Of a DNA stretch of 64,000 nucleotides, positions 40,292-52,459 are shown in pieces. The DNA is from Octopus vulgaris (taxonomy: Eukaryota): positions 39,556,001 through 39,620,000 of the forward strand of contig OX597828.1 of NCBI GenBank assembly GCA_951406725.2, written 5' to 3'. Under the pieces are notes generated by a model, which was not told where the DNA came from, did not search any database, and was given only the letters and a program-made list of their open reading frames with translations. Each line of letters begins with the position of its first letter. The first letter of the stretch is position 1. The translations under genes and the position numbers were made by a program.

Positions 40292-40699
40292 CTGAGACAT
40301 GAAAGAAGAAAAATCAAGAAACAGTAAAAATACAATGGAAAATGGAATAAACAATAAGGAAAACTCTAGTAAACATGCTTGGCTCAATGTTAGTCTTATT
40401 CTGATATACATACATATATATATATATTATCTGATAAACACAATATATGATCTTATGTGTTATTATTAGTTTCATGTACTGAGAGCATGCCAGAAAGTAT
40501 TTTTTAACAGTGCCTGATGATTGTATTAAGTTACCAGGCATGTTACAAAATACTGTCTGGGATGGTCTCAGCACATGGAACTAATAGTAGCACACAACAA
40601 TATATATTGTGTTTATAAATAATATTTACCTCTCACCAGATGAGTGCTTTTTTGGGGTTGATCTTACCATCACAGGACAGTACACTATATATATATATA

Positions 40700-40880
40700 A
40701 ATGTGACCTTGTGTGTACCGTTGGTGATTTTTTTCCCTCTGTCTTCCCTTCTCCTATGTTACTAACGAAGAGTTCCGCTCGAAACGTTAAACCCTCCTTC
40801 TTTCCTGAGTGTCCAATAATACTATATTTGTTCCACGTCCTCACGTTGTTGTGTTTTTTTGTGCTTTCTTGTTTGGATTA

Positions 40881-40885
<5 letters not shown>
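40700..40885 (+). mobile_element. Penelope-like terminal-repeat fragment with degenerate hammerhead (40758-40792)
   Basis: GTTA-CTAACGA-A-GAG TTCCG CTC-GAAA-CG-T-T-AAAC with a G5A core mutation; element flanked by (TA)n. Confidence 0.5.
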
Positions 40886-40918
<33 letters not shown>

Positions 40919-40934
40919 TATATGTTGTTTTATT

Positions 40935-42145
40935 GTTTTACCAGTTTCAGCTCAAAGCTGTCGCGATATTGGGGCACTGCTGGTTTGCTACACTGTTATT
41001 ATTGAGAGGCTCCTCTGATATGTGGAATTTGGTGAATAAGGGAGTTTGATGTCGCTACCCTCATTTGCACCTCCTGCTGCAAGGTAGGTTCATCTGGGAC
41101 TCTCGACAGGTAGAGATCCAGTTTTGATTTGAAAACACGTACGTCCACTTGTGTAGGTCCCCCAGGCTGTGGGCCTCTGAAACCCAGGCTGTTGCAGTAA
41201 CTGGTCCAGAAGCACAACAGCATTGCTGGGATCTTTGGCACTGTGCAGTGGTGTCCCTTTCTTGCATTTGTGTAGCTTTCAAGGCCAAAATATGGCACAA
41301 TCCCTTCCAGGATCTTCCAGATGTATATATTACTGTATATCTCTCCCACCTTCATTCCAGGGAGTAGAGTCTTTGCCGTTTCAGCCTTTCCCAGTAGCTG
41401 AGCTGCTGCAATGAGACGATTTTCTTTGTGAAGCTTCATCGGATTGCTTTAAGGTCCCCTGTTAATTTTACACTGTTGGGTGACCATAACTGGGAGCAGT
41501 AGCCTAGGCGGCTGAGGATGAATGTTCTCCGAAGGACCATCATTGTTTCCTTCTCTCTGGTTCTGAATGTTCTCAGGATCCAGCCAGCCAGCCAGCTGTC
41601 TGCACTTTGTTGCCATTTTGGTAATGTGCACTTAGAAAGAGGTATCATCGCTCATGGTAATACACAGATCCCTCACTGATTTAGGTTCTGGGATTGTAAT
41701 CCCCTGTGGGCCAGTGTACCCTGTAAGTTTTATGTTCAGTTTTGGGTGCTGATAGCAGAGGGTTTGGAATTTTCCAGCATTAAACTGCATATTATTGTCC
41801 TCAGCCCATTCTCAAACTGAGTCCAACTCCTGCTGCAAGTGTTCAACATTGCTAGGGTTTTGTATTTTCTGCAAGACTTTCATACTGCCAGCATAGCTAG
41901 CAAGGGTGACTATCTGGGCTGTTGAGGGCATATCTAAGAGGGCCACTATAAAAAGCAGTGGTCCCAAGACAGTGCCCTGTGGAACACTACTGGCTATTTG
42001 TGTTTTCTGTGAGGTACTCCATTGGCCACCACTGCCTGACTTATGTCTTTCAGAAAATCATGTAATCACTCTCCAAGTTTTCCATCTATGCCGAGATCAT
42101 GCAGTTTGTGGCATATCATACCATGACTCACTGATAAGTGGAATT
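40935..42145 (-). mobile_element. CR1-group LINE, 3' half of RT and 3' end (decayed)
   Basis: SSVPQGTVLGPLLF, WAEDNNMQFNAGKF, LGYCSQLWSP, IYIWKILEGIVP, FKSKLDLYLSRVPDEP...SNSL, then a tail ending gagctgaaact. Confidence 0.88.
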
Positions 42146-42564
42146 TGGTGAATATACATACATATATGTATATGTTGTTGTATTTGGGGAGGGTCATGTT
42201 GCCAGTTTATCCAATGAAATCACACACTATATATATTTGGTGTTCACTTGCTTCAGCTTTATTTTATATTAATTGTATTTCGGCCAGAGTCTGTTTCAAC
42301 ACACGAATTCACATCAAGAATCTTGCAAAATGACTATATATATATATATATATGCACGTAAAAAGCACCCACTACACTCATGGAGTGGTTGGCGTTAGGA
42401 AGGGCATCCAGCTGTAGAAACATTGCCAGATAAGACTGGAGCCTGGTGCAGCCTTCTGGCTTCCCAGATCCCCGGTCAAACCGTCCAACCCATGCTAGCA
42501 TGGAGAACGGACGTTAAACGACGATGATGATGATGATGATGATATACACACACATATATATTCA

Positions 42565-43366
42565 TATTAAGACAAACCCTAAAACCTTCTATAGATATGC
42601 AAAAACAGAGCCACTACTTGAAGAAAATGGCTAACCAATTGCATACCCCCAGAGGATCAGTGAAATACTGAATGTGCAATACAAGATTGCTTTCACCACT
42701 CACCTGGGACACTTGCAAGTTGTTATGCCTAATGAGTTCTTTGGCTCCACAGATCTACACAACAAAATGGCAATTATTGACAGCATCAACATAGAGGAAA
42801 CTGATATGATATCAGCCATTGAAGAGATGAGCTCAAACTCAGCAACAGGCCCTGATGGATTCCTAGCAATCCTCCTAAAGAAATTCAAAGGGGCTCAGCT
42901 AGACCACTTCAGATTCTTTTCCAGAGCTTCCTCACAATAGGGAGACTTGCCAAAAAGTTAAAGGAAGACATTATATGCCGTATCCAGAACGGAGGTAGCA
43001 GAGCAGACGCTAAGAATTATAGACCTATCTCTCTAACTGCCCATGTCAGCAAAGTCATGAAGCGTATTGCCAAGAAGATACTAATTGCATTTCTTGAAGA
43101 TAATGACAGCTTTTTAATATTCTCCCAAAGAGCCTGAGGAACCTACACAAAGTAGATGTAGGCATTTAAAAATCAAGGCTGGACCTCTTTCTGTTGAGAG
43201 TCCCAAATGAACCTACCTCATGGCAAGAGGTGCAAATGAGGGTAGCTACATCAAACTCTGTTCTTTACGAAGTGCCACATATTAGAAGAGGATCTCAGTA
43301 ATAACAGGGTAGCAAAACGGCGGTGCTCCAGCATGGCCACAGCTCTGAGCTGAAACTACAAAAAAG
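42565..43366 (+). mobile_element. CR1-group LINE, internally deleted copy with 3' tail
   Basis: IKTNPKTFYRYAK, SATGPDGF, NYRPISLT, then a jump to LDLFLLRVPNEP and the tail ggcggtgctccagcatggccacagctctgagctgaaact. Confidence 0.85.
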
Positions 43367-44015
43367 TCTATATATGTATATATTTATATAAATATATATG
43401 ATCAAACTGTGCAACCCATGCCAGCATGAAGAGTGGATGTTAATCAATTATATATATATATATATATATAAATACATGACGCAAACATACACGTAGTATA
43501 AACAGTAATGTCATCATTTGGTGTGTTATGTTATGATAATGTAAGTGAAGGAATGAATGAAATGTTTTGCTTTATAAAAATAAATGCAACTTCATTCAAC
43601 ATGAAAAAGCATCCAGCTGTGGAAACAATGCCAAAATTAAATGCACAGGTGAAACACAGGTCACTGACCTGTTTAAGAGAAGAGCAACAACTTATTCCAT
43701 GCTGACCTATCCAACACACACACACACACACATCTTATCTTATATTTTATCTTTTACTTGCACCATGTTCCACATTACGTTCTTTATTTCACCTTCAGCT
43801 CTTAGAGCTGTGATTGCTGTATTTTCAAATGGCTCACAATGTTTTAGTATCAGTCTGGATAAACCATCTGCATGCCCTAGTGTTTTCAACGGTAAATACT
43901 CCATTTTGTAGTTATGATTTAATAGTATAATGCCCCTTATTGCAGTCTATTCGCTGTGTGCATTGGGTTTCCTTTTTTGGAACCATATGTAGTCAGCAGC
44001 AAGCAATGATTTGTT

Positions 44016-44412
44016 TGCAGGAGTGGCTGTGTGGTAAGTAGCTTGCTTACCAACCACATGGTTCCGAGTTCAGTCCCACTGCGTGGCACCTTGCGCAAAT
44101 GTCTTCTACTATAGCCTCGGGCCGACCAAAGCCTTGTGAGTGGATTTGGTAGACGGAAACTGAAAGAAGCCCGTTGTGTATATATGTATATATATGTATG
44201 TGCATGTATGTTTGTGTGTCTGTGTTTGTCCCCCTAGCATTGCTTGACAACCGATACTGGTGTGTTTATGTCCCCAGAATTTTGCAGTTCGGCAAAAGAG
44301 ACCGATAGAATAAGTACTGGGCTTACAAAGAATAAGTCCCGGGGTCGAGTTGCTCGACTAAAGGCGGTGCTCCAGCATGGCCGCAGTCAAATGACTGAAA
44401 CAAGTAAAAGAG
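44016..44412 (+). mobile_element. SINE family A inserted in the Gypsy RNase H region
   Basis: Near-identical to 58463-58869; interrupts the Gypsy reading frame. Confidence 0.9.
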
Positions 44413-45312
44413 TATATTTCATGGATAAATCTATGAAACTTATTGACACCAAACATGATTGCCAACGCCTCTTTTTCTCTCTGACTTTAATTCTTTTCAG
44501 CTGGCAATAACGACCTTGATGCATGGGCTATAGCTATTTTACTGCAATCATTGTATTTGTGCACAAGTATGGCTCCTACATCATACTCACTTGCATCTGT
44601 AGCCAGTATAGTTTCCAAATTTGGATCAACATGTGTCAATGATAGGTCCGAAGTTAAAATACTTTTCAATTCATTGAATGCCTTGTGGCACTTATCTGTC
44701 CAATGCCATTTTGTATTCTTTTTCAACAGATCATTGAGTGGGGCCCTTACATTATGTATGTTTGGAATATAGATTTGGTAATAGTTTACCAAACTCCAAA
44801 ATGCCTGCAGCTTCATTACACTTTTTTGGTGTGGGAATATTCTTTATCGCTGTTACCCTTGACGGATCTGGCTTTCTTCCATTTATGTCAATTACTTGAC
44901 CTAAGTATTAAATTTTATTCAACAAGAACTCAGATTTTACCTCCTTTAACTTGAACCCGTATTTGCTTATTTTCTCTAATACCCTTTAAATGTGTTGAAA
45001 GTTTTGTTCCTGTGATTCACTCTTTATCAAAATATTGCCTAGATAGGTGATAGCGAAATCACAATCACTCAGCATTGCATCTATTACTTGCTGATATGTG
45101 GCAGGAGCCACTTTTACATCGAAGGGAAGCCGCTTAAATTTAAATAAGCCAATGTGTGTGTTAATTGTTAATAAATGTGAGCATTCTTCTTCTACTTGAA
45201 TCTGTAGATATGTCTCTGAGAGGTCTAATTTTGAGAAGAATTTCCCTCCATTCAATTTTGTAAACACTTCCTCTAAATTTGGCAATAGGTAGTTATGTGT
45301 GACTAAACAATC

Positions 45313-45717
45313 ACTTTACACTTTACACTTTTACTTGTTTCAGTCATTTGACTGTGGCCATGCTGGAGCACCGCCTTTAGTCGAGCAAATCGACCCCGGG
45401 ACTTATTCTTTGTAAGCCCAGTACTTATTCTATTGGTCTCTTTTGCCGAACCGCTAAGTGACGGGGGCGTAAACACACCAGCATCGGTTGTCAAGCAATG
45501 CTAGAAGGACAAACACTGACACACAAACATACACACAAATACATATATATATACGACGGGCTTCTTTCAGTTTCCGTCTACCAAATCCACTCACAAGGCA
45601 TTGGTCAGCCTGAGGCTATAGTAGAAGACACTTGCCCAAGATGCCACGCAGTGGGACTGAACCCAGAACCATGTGATTGGTAAGCAAGCTACTTACCACA
45701 CAGCCACTCCTGCACCT
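45313..45717 (-). mobile_element. SINE family A inserted in the Gypsy RT
   Basis: Splits CADF..GYND | CL..HNYLLP; (gtaaagt)n tail. Confidence 0.9.
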
Positions 45718-46939
45718 ATCGTTATACCCTATTAAAAAATCTGCACAAACTCTTAGTTTGTTATTCTTCTTTTTCATGTAAACCATCGGTGCTGCACAGT
45801 CTGAGTGGTCCATCTTTTCAATTATTTCAAGACTTTCCAGTCTTTGAGTTCTTTGTTAACCTGGGCTATTGCTGTGAATGGTACATTCCTTTTTGACTGG
45901 TATTGCACTTTGTTTTACAGTGATCTTAGTTTTCGTTTTTGTACAAGAACCCAGTTTTTCCAAAAAAATATCTGGAAATAATTTTTTAATTTTTTGCTTC
46001 AGTCCTTTAGCCTCATTTGAACCTTTGACTGACTCAACTATATTTCCACACAGAACACCTATGGGCGTATCACATAATTTGAATAGCTCCATTCACTCTG
46101 TGCTGAATAAATCAAGTGAACTTTTTAGCACACATATCTTTGCTTTTTTTTGTTTGACATTGAAATATTACATTACATACAAATTCACCAAAAAATATAA
46201 TCTTTTTCCTGTAATACCATGTGCCACCTTTTTAGATTTTATTAGTTTCAGCTTACTGACATATTTCCCTGTCTTTTCATTTATAATGATATCACTACCA
46301 GTGTCATCTTCATTCTACAGTGTGTCTTTATATGTCCAATCTTTCCACAACAAAAGTACTCTGCTTTTTTAAATGAACAATTTTTTTCTCAGGTGTATAC
46401 CTTCACATGCAAAACATGGGTTTACTTCCTGATTTTTGTTGTTTTTTTAGAAAACACTTTAACTCTATTTTGACTATTTTGCACTTGTTTTACTTGGAAA
46501 GAATCTTTTCATTTGATTTCCTTTGTGTTGACTTAAATCCTTCCACATTGTTCTGACACCTGCTGTAGGGCTACATCCTGGTTTTGTTCCAACTTTACAA
46601 GAATTCTAGTTCTAACTTCTGTGTCCTATAAAAATCAGGCATTTGAACATATCAGGCATTAATTTGTCCAGCTTGAACTTCTCACATTCCCTGTTAACTC
46701 TACCAGCATATGCAATGGAGTCCTTGTCATTTTTTTCCATGTTCAGACACTTCCAATGTGTGTTGAACAATAGGGTGGAGCAAAAAATGCAACTTTTGAC
46801 ACTGGTAACCAAGAATCGATATTTTGTAGCGAATTAGGGTTAAAAGAAAGGTGTATAAAGAACTTTGCGGTTAAATATTTTTTGGGGGCTCCACAATGCA
46901 ATTGGAATTTTTTAAAATCAGTATTTTTGGTTGAATTTT

Positions 46940-47200
46940 GGATTTCATGGATTATAAGTTGTAACAGATATATACATATTTCTACATAGTGGAATGCAAA
47001 ACCATTAATATAGAATCCTTAAGAGGTTGCATACCAAGTTCCAATACAAGAGAATGGGAATCCTAGTAAAATAGCGTGTTCTCGATGGCTTACAACTGCA
47101 AATCGTATGCTATGGTTGTATGTTGCCTCCAAGAATCCTTCTAACTTAATGAAATTAATTGTTGCTTACATAATGAAAGTTTATGTCATTTTAGGAATTT
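46940..47200 (+). mobile_element. DNA transposase remnant (hAT-related, hATm/hATx-like)
   Basis: NPSKIACSRWLTTANRMLWLYVASKNPSNLMKLIVAYIMKVY; I recall SRWLTTANR.LRLY as typical of an invertebrate transposase group. Superfamily uncertain. Confidence 0.6.
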
Positions 47201-47357
47201 CCAAAACAACAAATTTTTAACTGCTCCATTCTTTATTTGTGAGTGAGATGCTAATTCTCATCTATGAAAAACATTAATTGGCTTTATTACTGAAACGAAA
47301 AGGAATGCACTACAACAATTCATATAATTTAGTTACATGGAATTATTTTAGTTAAAT

Positions 47358-49072
47358 CTCTATATATAAAGTTGAGAATGTGTGTCTGTCAGTGTGAATC
47401 CCTAAAACTTGAGAACTACACAACCAATTTCATAAAAATTTTACACATGCCTTACTTAGGGCCCATGTAGTGTCATAGGCCAAAAAAATTTCTGAAAAAA
47501 TTACTGAATGTATCCTTATGATATTTGAAACTTAGATTCAATGCATATGGGTGGGTAAAATGCAGTATGTTTGGTTTGAATTTCAGGTGGCTTGAAAATT
47601 CATAAATTTTCGATGTTGATGAAATTTCAACCATGGGTAATTGACACACATCCAGAAGTATTCTCAAAGTTTCCACATCTCATGAGGATTCTAAGACACC
47701 CTAATGGGGGCCTTAACTCTCAAATTTTAGTCATTTTAGTCAAATTTTAACCATAGATATTAGACACAAATGAAGTAATATTTATAAAATTTCATCTTCT
47801 TACAAGTTAGAAAGACCCCTTCATGGGGACTTAACACCCACAATTTAGTCATTTTATCTAAGCAAAGATGAATACAGTTGTACTCTTGGAAGCTGTAGGG
47901 TCATCCAAGCATAAAAGATGAGCATTATTTGTAATTCAATGGTACAACAGTGTAAGAGTTTGCTTTGAGATATACTTAGATTGTGATTTCTGCAATGTGG
48001 TGCATAAATTGTCAAGTAAATGAGAGGCATCTTTGCCTCCACTGATTCAGTTGCAAAGAGTTGAGTAATGTTATTTGGTTGCAGACCTCCTTTCAGTCTT
48101 TTTATTATCACTGGGTCACACATAGTCCCCAGATGGTAACATTGATTTCAAGGCCTTGCTAGATGAGTGACTGGTTATTCAAAGACATTTATAGATGGTA
48201 AATTTATTCTGTCCAGTTACATATCAGTATAGTGGTCATCTGCAAACTCCAGAGGTGACACTTTAATTTCTCCTTAGCCCTCATGTCACAGTTGTTAATG
48301 TTGATTTCAGTTGGGTCACACCCTTCAAATTGCTATAGATCCTTAATGCATCTTATGGCTGTGCCTGTCACCTATAAGGTGAGGAATCCTACATTGGGAG
48401 TGATAACAACTAGGGTACAGTAGCTGACTGCTTACTGTGATCATTCGTCTTTTGCTTTCCTGTAGCTTTGCTCTCTTTTACAAACCCAGTGAACATATAT
48501 ATATTTCCTATTTCAAAGGAATTCAAACAATAGATATAAGACCCAAGTTAAAAATTCAACTTCTCTGGTTGACATTAAGACACCCACCCCCAATAGGGGC
48601 CTTAACTTGCACATTTTAGAGGTCCATGACCTCCATTTTTCAGGAGCAAAATCCTTTTAACAGGTTCTGTAAGACTGGAATTTTGGAATATGCGCATAAA
48701 AATCAGTAGTATGGGATACATGTGGCACGATTACAATTTTGTTTGGCACAATTTTGTGCGGGTGGCACGTAAAAAGCACCCACTACACTCACGGAGTGGT
48801 TGGCGTTAGGAAGGGCATCCAACTGTAGAAACATTGCCAGATAAGACTGGAGCCTGGTGCAGCCTTCTGGCTTCCCAGATCCCCAGTTGAACCGTCCAAC
48901 CCATGCTAGCATGGTGAACGGACGTTAAACGATGATGATGATGATGATGTGTGTAAAGAGGGAAATAACCCTCATCTGCAATTTTGATGAAATTCGAAAC
49001 ATAGGTATTCCAGTTCATTACAGAAAATATAACTGCGATAGACTGGCAGTTGCACGGGCGCGAAAGCTACGT
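47358..49072 (+). mobile_element. Helitron-like element with ~125-bp internal repeats
   Basis: 5' end TCTCTATATATAAAG..GAATGTGTGTCTGTC resembles that of the 53738 element; degenerate repeats at 47620-47740, 47741-47855 and 48520-48620; 3' end gttgcacgggcgcgaaagctacgt; RTE tail inserted at 48757-48948. Confidence 0.6.
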
Positions 49073-49208
49073 TGTTATCCTCATTCCATAAATGGTGGCT
49101 TTTAACGGGTGGAGAGCTGAACCATCCTGGGGTACAGAGGATTTGCAATCTAGACTAGGGTCTGAAAGTTTACCACGACATAGTGGGTTACACCATGGTT
49201 TCTCTGCT

Positions 49209-49410
49209 TTGTGGCAGAAGTAGGAAGAAAGAGCGAGAGAAAGTTGTGGTGAAAGAGTACAGCGGGGTTTACCCCCATCCCCTGCCGGAGCCTCGTGGAG
49301 CTTAGATGTTTTTGCTCAATAAACACTCACAATGCCCAGTCTGGGAATTGAAACTGCGTTCTTATGACCGCGAGTCCGCTGCCCTAACCACTGGGCCATT
49401 GCGCCTCCAC
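49209..49410 (-). mobile_element. SINE head B without a tail
   Basis: Head B only; possible 6-bp TSD tctgct (49203-49208, 49411-49416). Confidence 0.8.
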
Positions 49411-49574
49411 TCTGCTGTTGTTGTTCTCTCAGCTATTGTTGTTGCTACTTTTGCAACTTGAGCAAACCTGCCAACAGATTTTCCATATTTTATGATTTTT
49501 CATAAAATTCCTACACCAACTTTGTGTGTTTATTAACCCCTATTAGAGTTTCTGGTAACCCCATGTAAATTGGT

Positions 49575-49712
49575 TTATCCTTGTCGAGTTTATCAATTTC
49601 CCGTGAGTTATTTAAATCCTTTTCAAGTTTACTAATTCATCGTGAATTATTTAAATCCTTGTTGAGTTTATTAATTCCTCGTGAGTTGTTCAGATCCTCA
49701 TCAAGTTTCCTT
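49575..49712. repeat. 39-bp tandem repeat, ~3.5 copies
   Basis: Unit ~tttaaatccttgtcgagtttattaattcctcgtgagtta. Confidence 0.85.
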
Positions 49713-50499
49713 GTTGCCACCATTATATCCTTAAAATGCTGGATTGTTATAACATCATTTCAGTATACAGTATACTTAGTGAAACCATCTGACTATCTAT
49801 CACATACTCTCATAATTCTCACACTTTTCTTTACTTATAGTGACTAGGAAATTCTATTTATCACATAGGAAGGGTGTAACGATTATTATTAATTCTCTAC
49901 AACAGTAGTACAAAGAAAAAAAAAAAAAAAGAATTGGATGAAATTGGTCCGGAAGGAGGGAAGCGGGTGAGTGTTTGAGTTTCATAAAAAGCGCTCCCAC
50001 CACATTATCTGCAAGGGTGTGGAAATCCAACTTCCATGGGAGTACTATTCTGCTAAGGCACTCTTTTGTGAAAATTACTCAGCAACAACAAAATACTCAC
50101 CCAGTATGTATATACATATATATATATATATAAGCACATACACACACAAAACATGAAAAAACGTGATAGGAACTTAACTATTGCTTCACTCAATGTGACA
50201 TTTTATGGTTATATATGTGAATAACCCAACAATATAGATTATTAACAATATGTAAAGAAACGCACTCCCATGAAACATTGCAAATAAAGACATGAATGGT
50301 CTGCCCAAATTCATTGAGCCACTGTGAGAACTGCACATTTCCTTTCTTCCCTGACCAGGTATTTTATAATAGCTTTCTCAGAATATATGAACAGAATTTA
50401 CATAAGTGGTGCCCTGAAAACTGCAACACTGTGGGAGAATTCCAGATTTTAAAAAAATTATAAATTTACAGAACATCTCTCCCTCTTTCTCTCCCTCCC

Positions 50500-50534
<35 letters not shown>

Positions 50535-50547
50535 GACACACACACAA

Positions 50548-51030
<483 letters not shown>

Positions 51031-51112
51031 GGTCCCGGGTTGATTTGGGGTTAACCACAGTAAATAAGGTACTCAATACATAGCAGAGTAAAATTAATTT
51101 ATTATATAGAAG

Positions 51113-51162
51113 GAGCTTCTACAGGACTAGAACTGTTTCATTCAAGAGAAATCTTCAGGAAG

Positions 51163-51165
<3 letters not shown>
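51113..51165 (-). ncRNA. Type I hammerhead ribozyme, near-canonical, in a short element (~51029-51166) flanked by (TA)n
   Basis: Minus strand reads GAGCUUC-CUGAAGA-U UUC UCUU GAA U-GAAA-CAG UUCUAGUC CUG-U-A-GAAGCUC: perfect 7-bp stem I, full core, 3-bp stem II plus a U.U closing pair, 4-bp stem III, GUA cleavage triplet. Confidence 0.8.
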
Positions 51166-51211
<46 letters not shown>

Positions 51212-51604
51212 TATCTATCTATCTATCAATATATCTATCTGTGTGTGTGTGTATGTATATATATACATATGTATATGTATAATAATAATAATATGAGGGA
51301 ATATTATTCTAAACTTACAGGGAAAAATTCAATTCAGAAATACTAAGTCATATTTCACAAAATATAATACATATATATATATAAATTTTAAAAAAAACCC
51401 ACCTTTTATCAATGAAAAATTACATTACACCATTTAGAAAAATTACATCTTATAGAAAGATTAAATATAAGATAAAAACATATACCAATGATTAAGTAAT
51501 GTGCAAAATAATAAATAAACCGTATATATTTGTATATGTATATATATGTACATGTATATATATCTATATATATAATTATAAATATAAATATATATATAAA
51601 TATA

Positions 51605-52150
51605 AAAAGCACTATCCGACTCGTGGCTGATGCCAGCACCGCCTCGACTGGCTTCCGTGCCGGTGGCACATAAAATACACCAATCCGACCATGGCCGTTG
51701 CCAGCCTCGCCTGGCACCTGTGCAGGTGGCACGTAAAAAGCACCCACTACACTCACGGAGTGGTTGGCGTTAGGAAGGGCATCAAGCTGTAGAAACATTG
51801 CCAGACCCCAGTTGAACCGTCCAACCCATGCTAGCATGGAGAACGGACGTTAAACGATGATGATGATGATAAATATATATATATATAAATATATCATCAT
51901 CATCATCGTTTAACGTCTGCTTTCCATGCTAGCATGGGTTGGACGGTTCAACTGGGGTCTGGCAAGCCCGAAGGCTGCACCAGGCCAGTCAGATCTGGCA
52001 GTGTTTCTACAGCTGGATGCCCTTCCTAACGCCAACCACTCCGAGAGTGTAGTGGGTGATTTTATGTGCCACCGACACAGGTGCCAGACGAGGCTGGCAG
52101 ACGGTCACGCTCGGATGGTGTTTTTTATGTGCCACCGACACAGGTGCCAA
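51605..52150. repeat. Tail-to-tail pair of RTE 3' UTR copies forming a long inverted repeat
   Basis: 51605-51870 (+) and 51893-52150 (-) belong to the same family and are separated by a ~22-nt AT spacer. Confidence 0.9.
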
Positions 52151-52153
52151 ATG

Positions 52154-52200
<47 letters not shown>

Positions 52201-52459
52201 TATATATATATAATGTATATATATATAATGTTTATATATATATATATAATGTATATATAATGTATATATATATCATCATCATCATCATCATCATCATATA
52301 TATATATATATATATATATATTACGGAGATGTACCTGCATAGCAAGTGATTTGATCTGAGATCATGTGCTGAAACGAAAACAATTGCAGCGTGGAAGGTG
52401 TTTGTAAGCCATTTAAGAGACACAAAAGCCATTCGATTCACTTCAACATTTAAGTTTAA

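Larger units (their letters stand above)
43745..46800 (-). mobile_element. Decayed Gypsy/Ty3 (Mag/K02A2.6-like) internal region: gag, PR, RT, RNase H; split by two SINEs
   Basis: AGRVNRECEKF (gag), CFACEGIH..C/CCGKIGHIKTHC knuckles, DTGSD protease, LRVCADF, FSKLDLSETYLQI, RLPFDVKVAP, LATDASEYDVGA, EKEALAI, HADGLSRL. No LTRs or integrase seen. Confidence 0.92.

Noticed and set aside
49050-49208. Apparent fourth tail on SINE head B
   Set aside because: A tctgct duplication brackets the head alone, and the distal sequence looks like a Helitron 3' end, so this is flank rather than tail.
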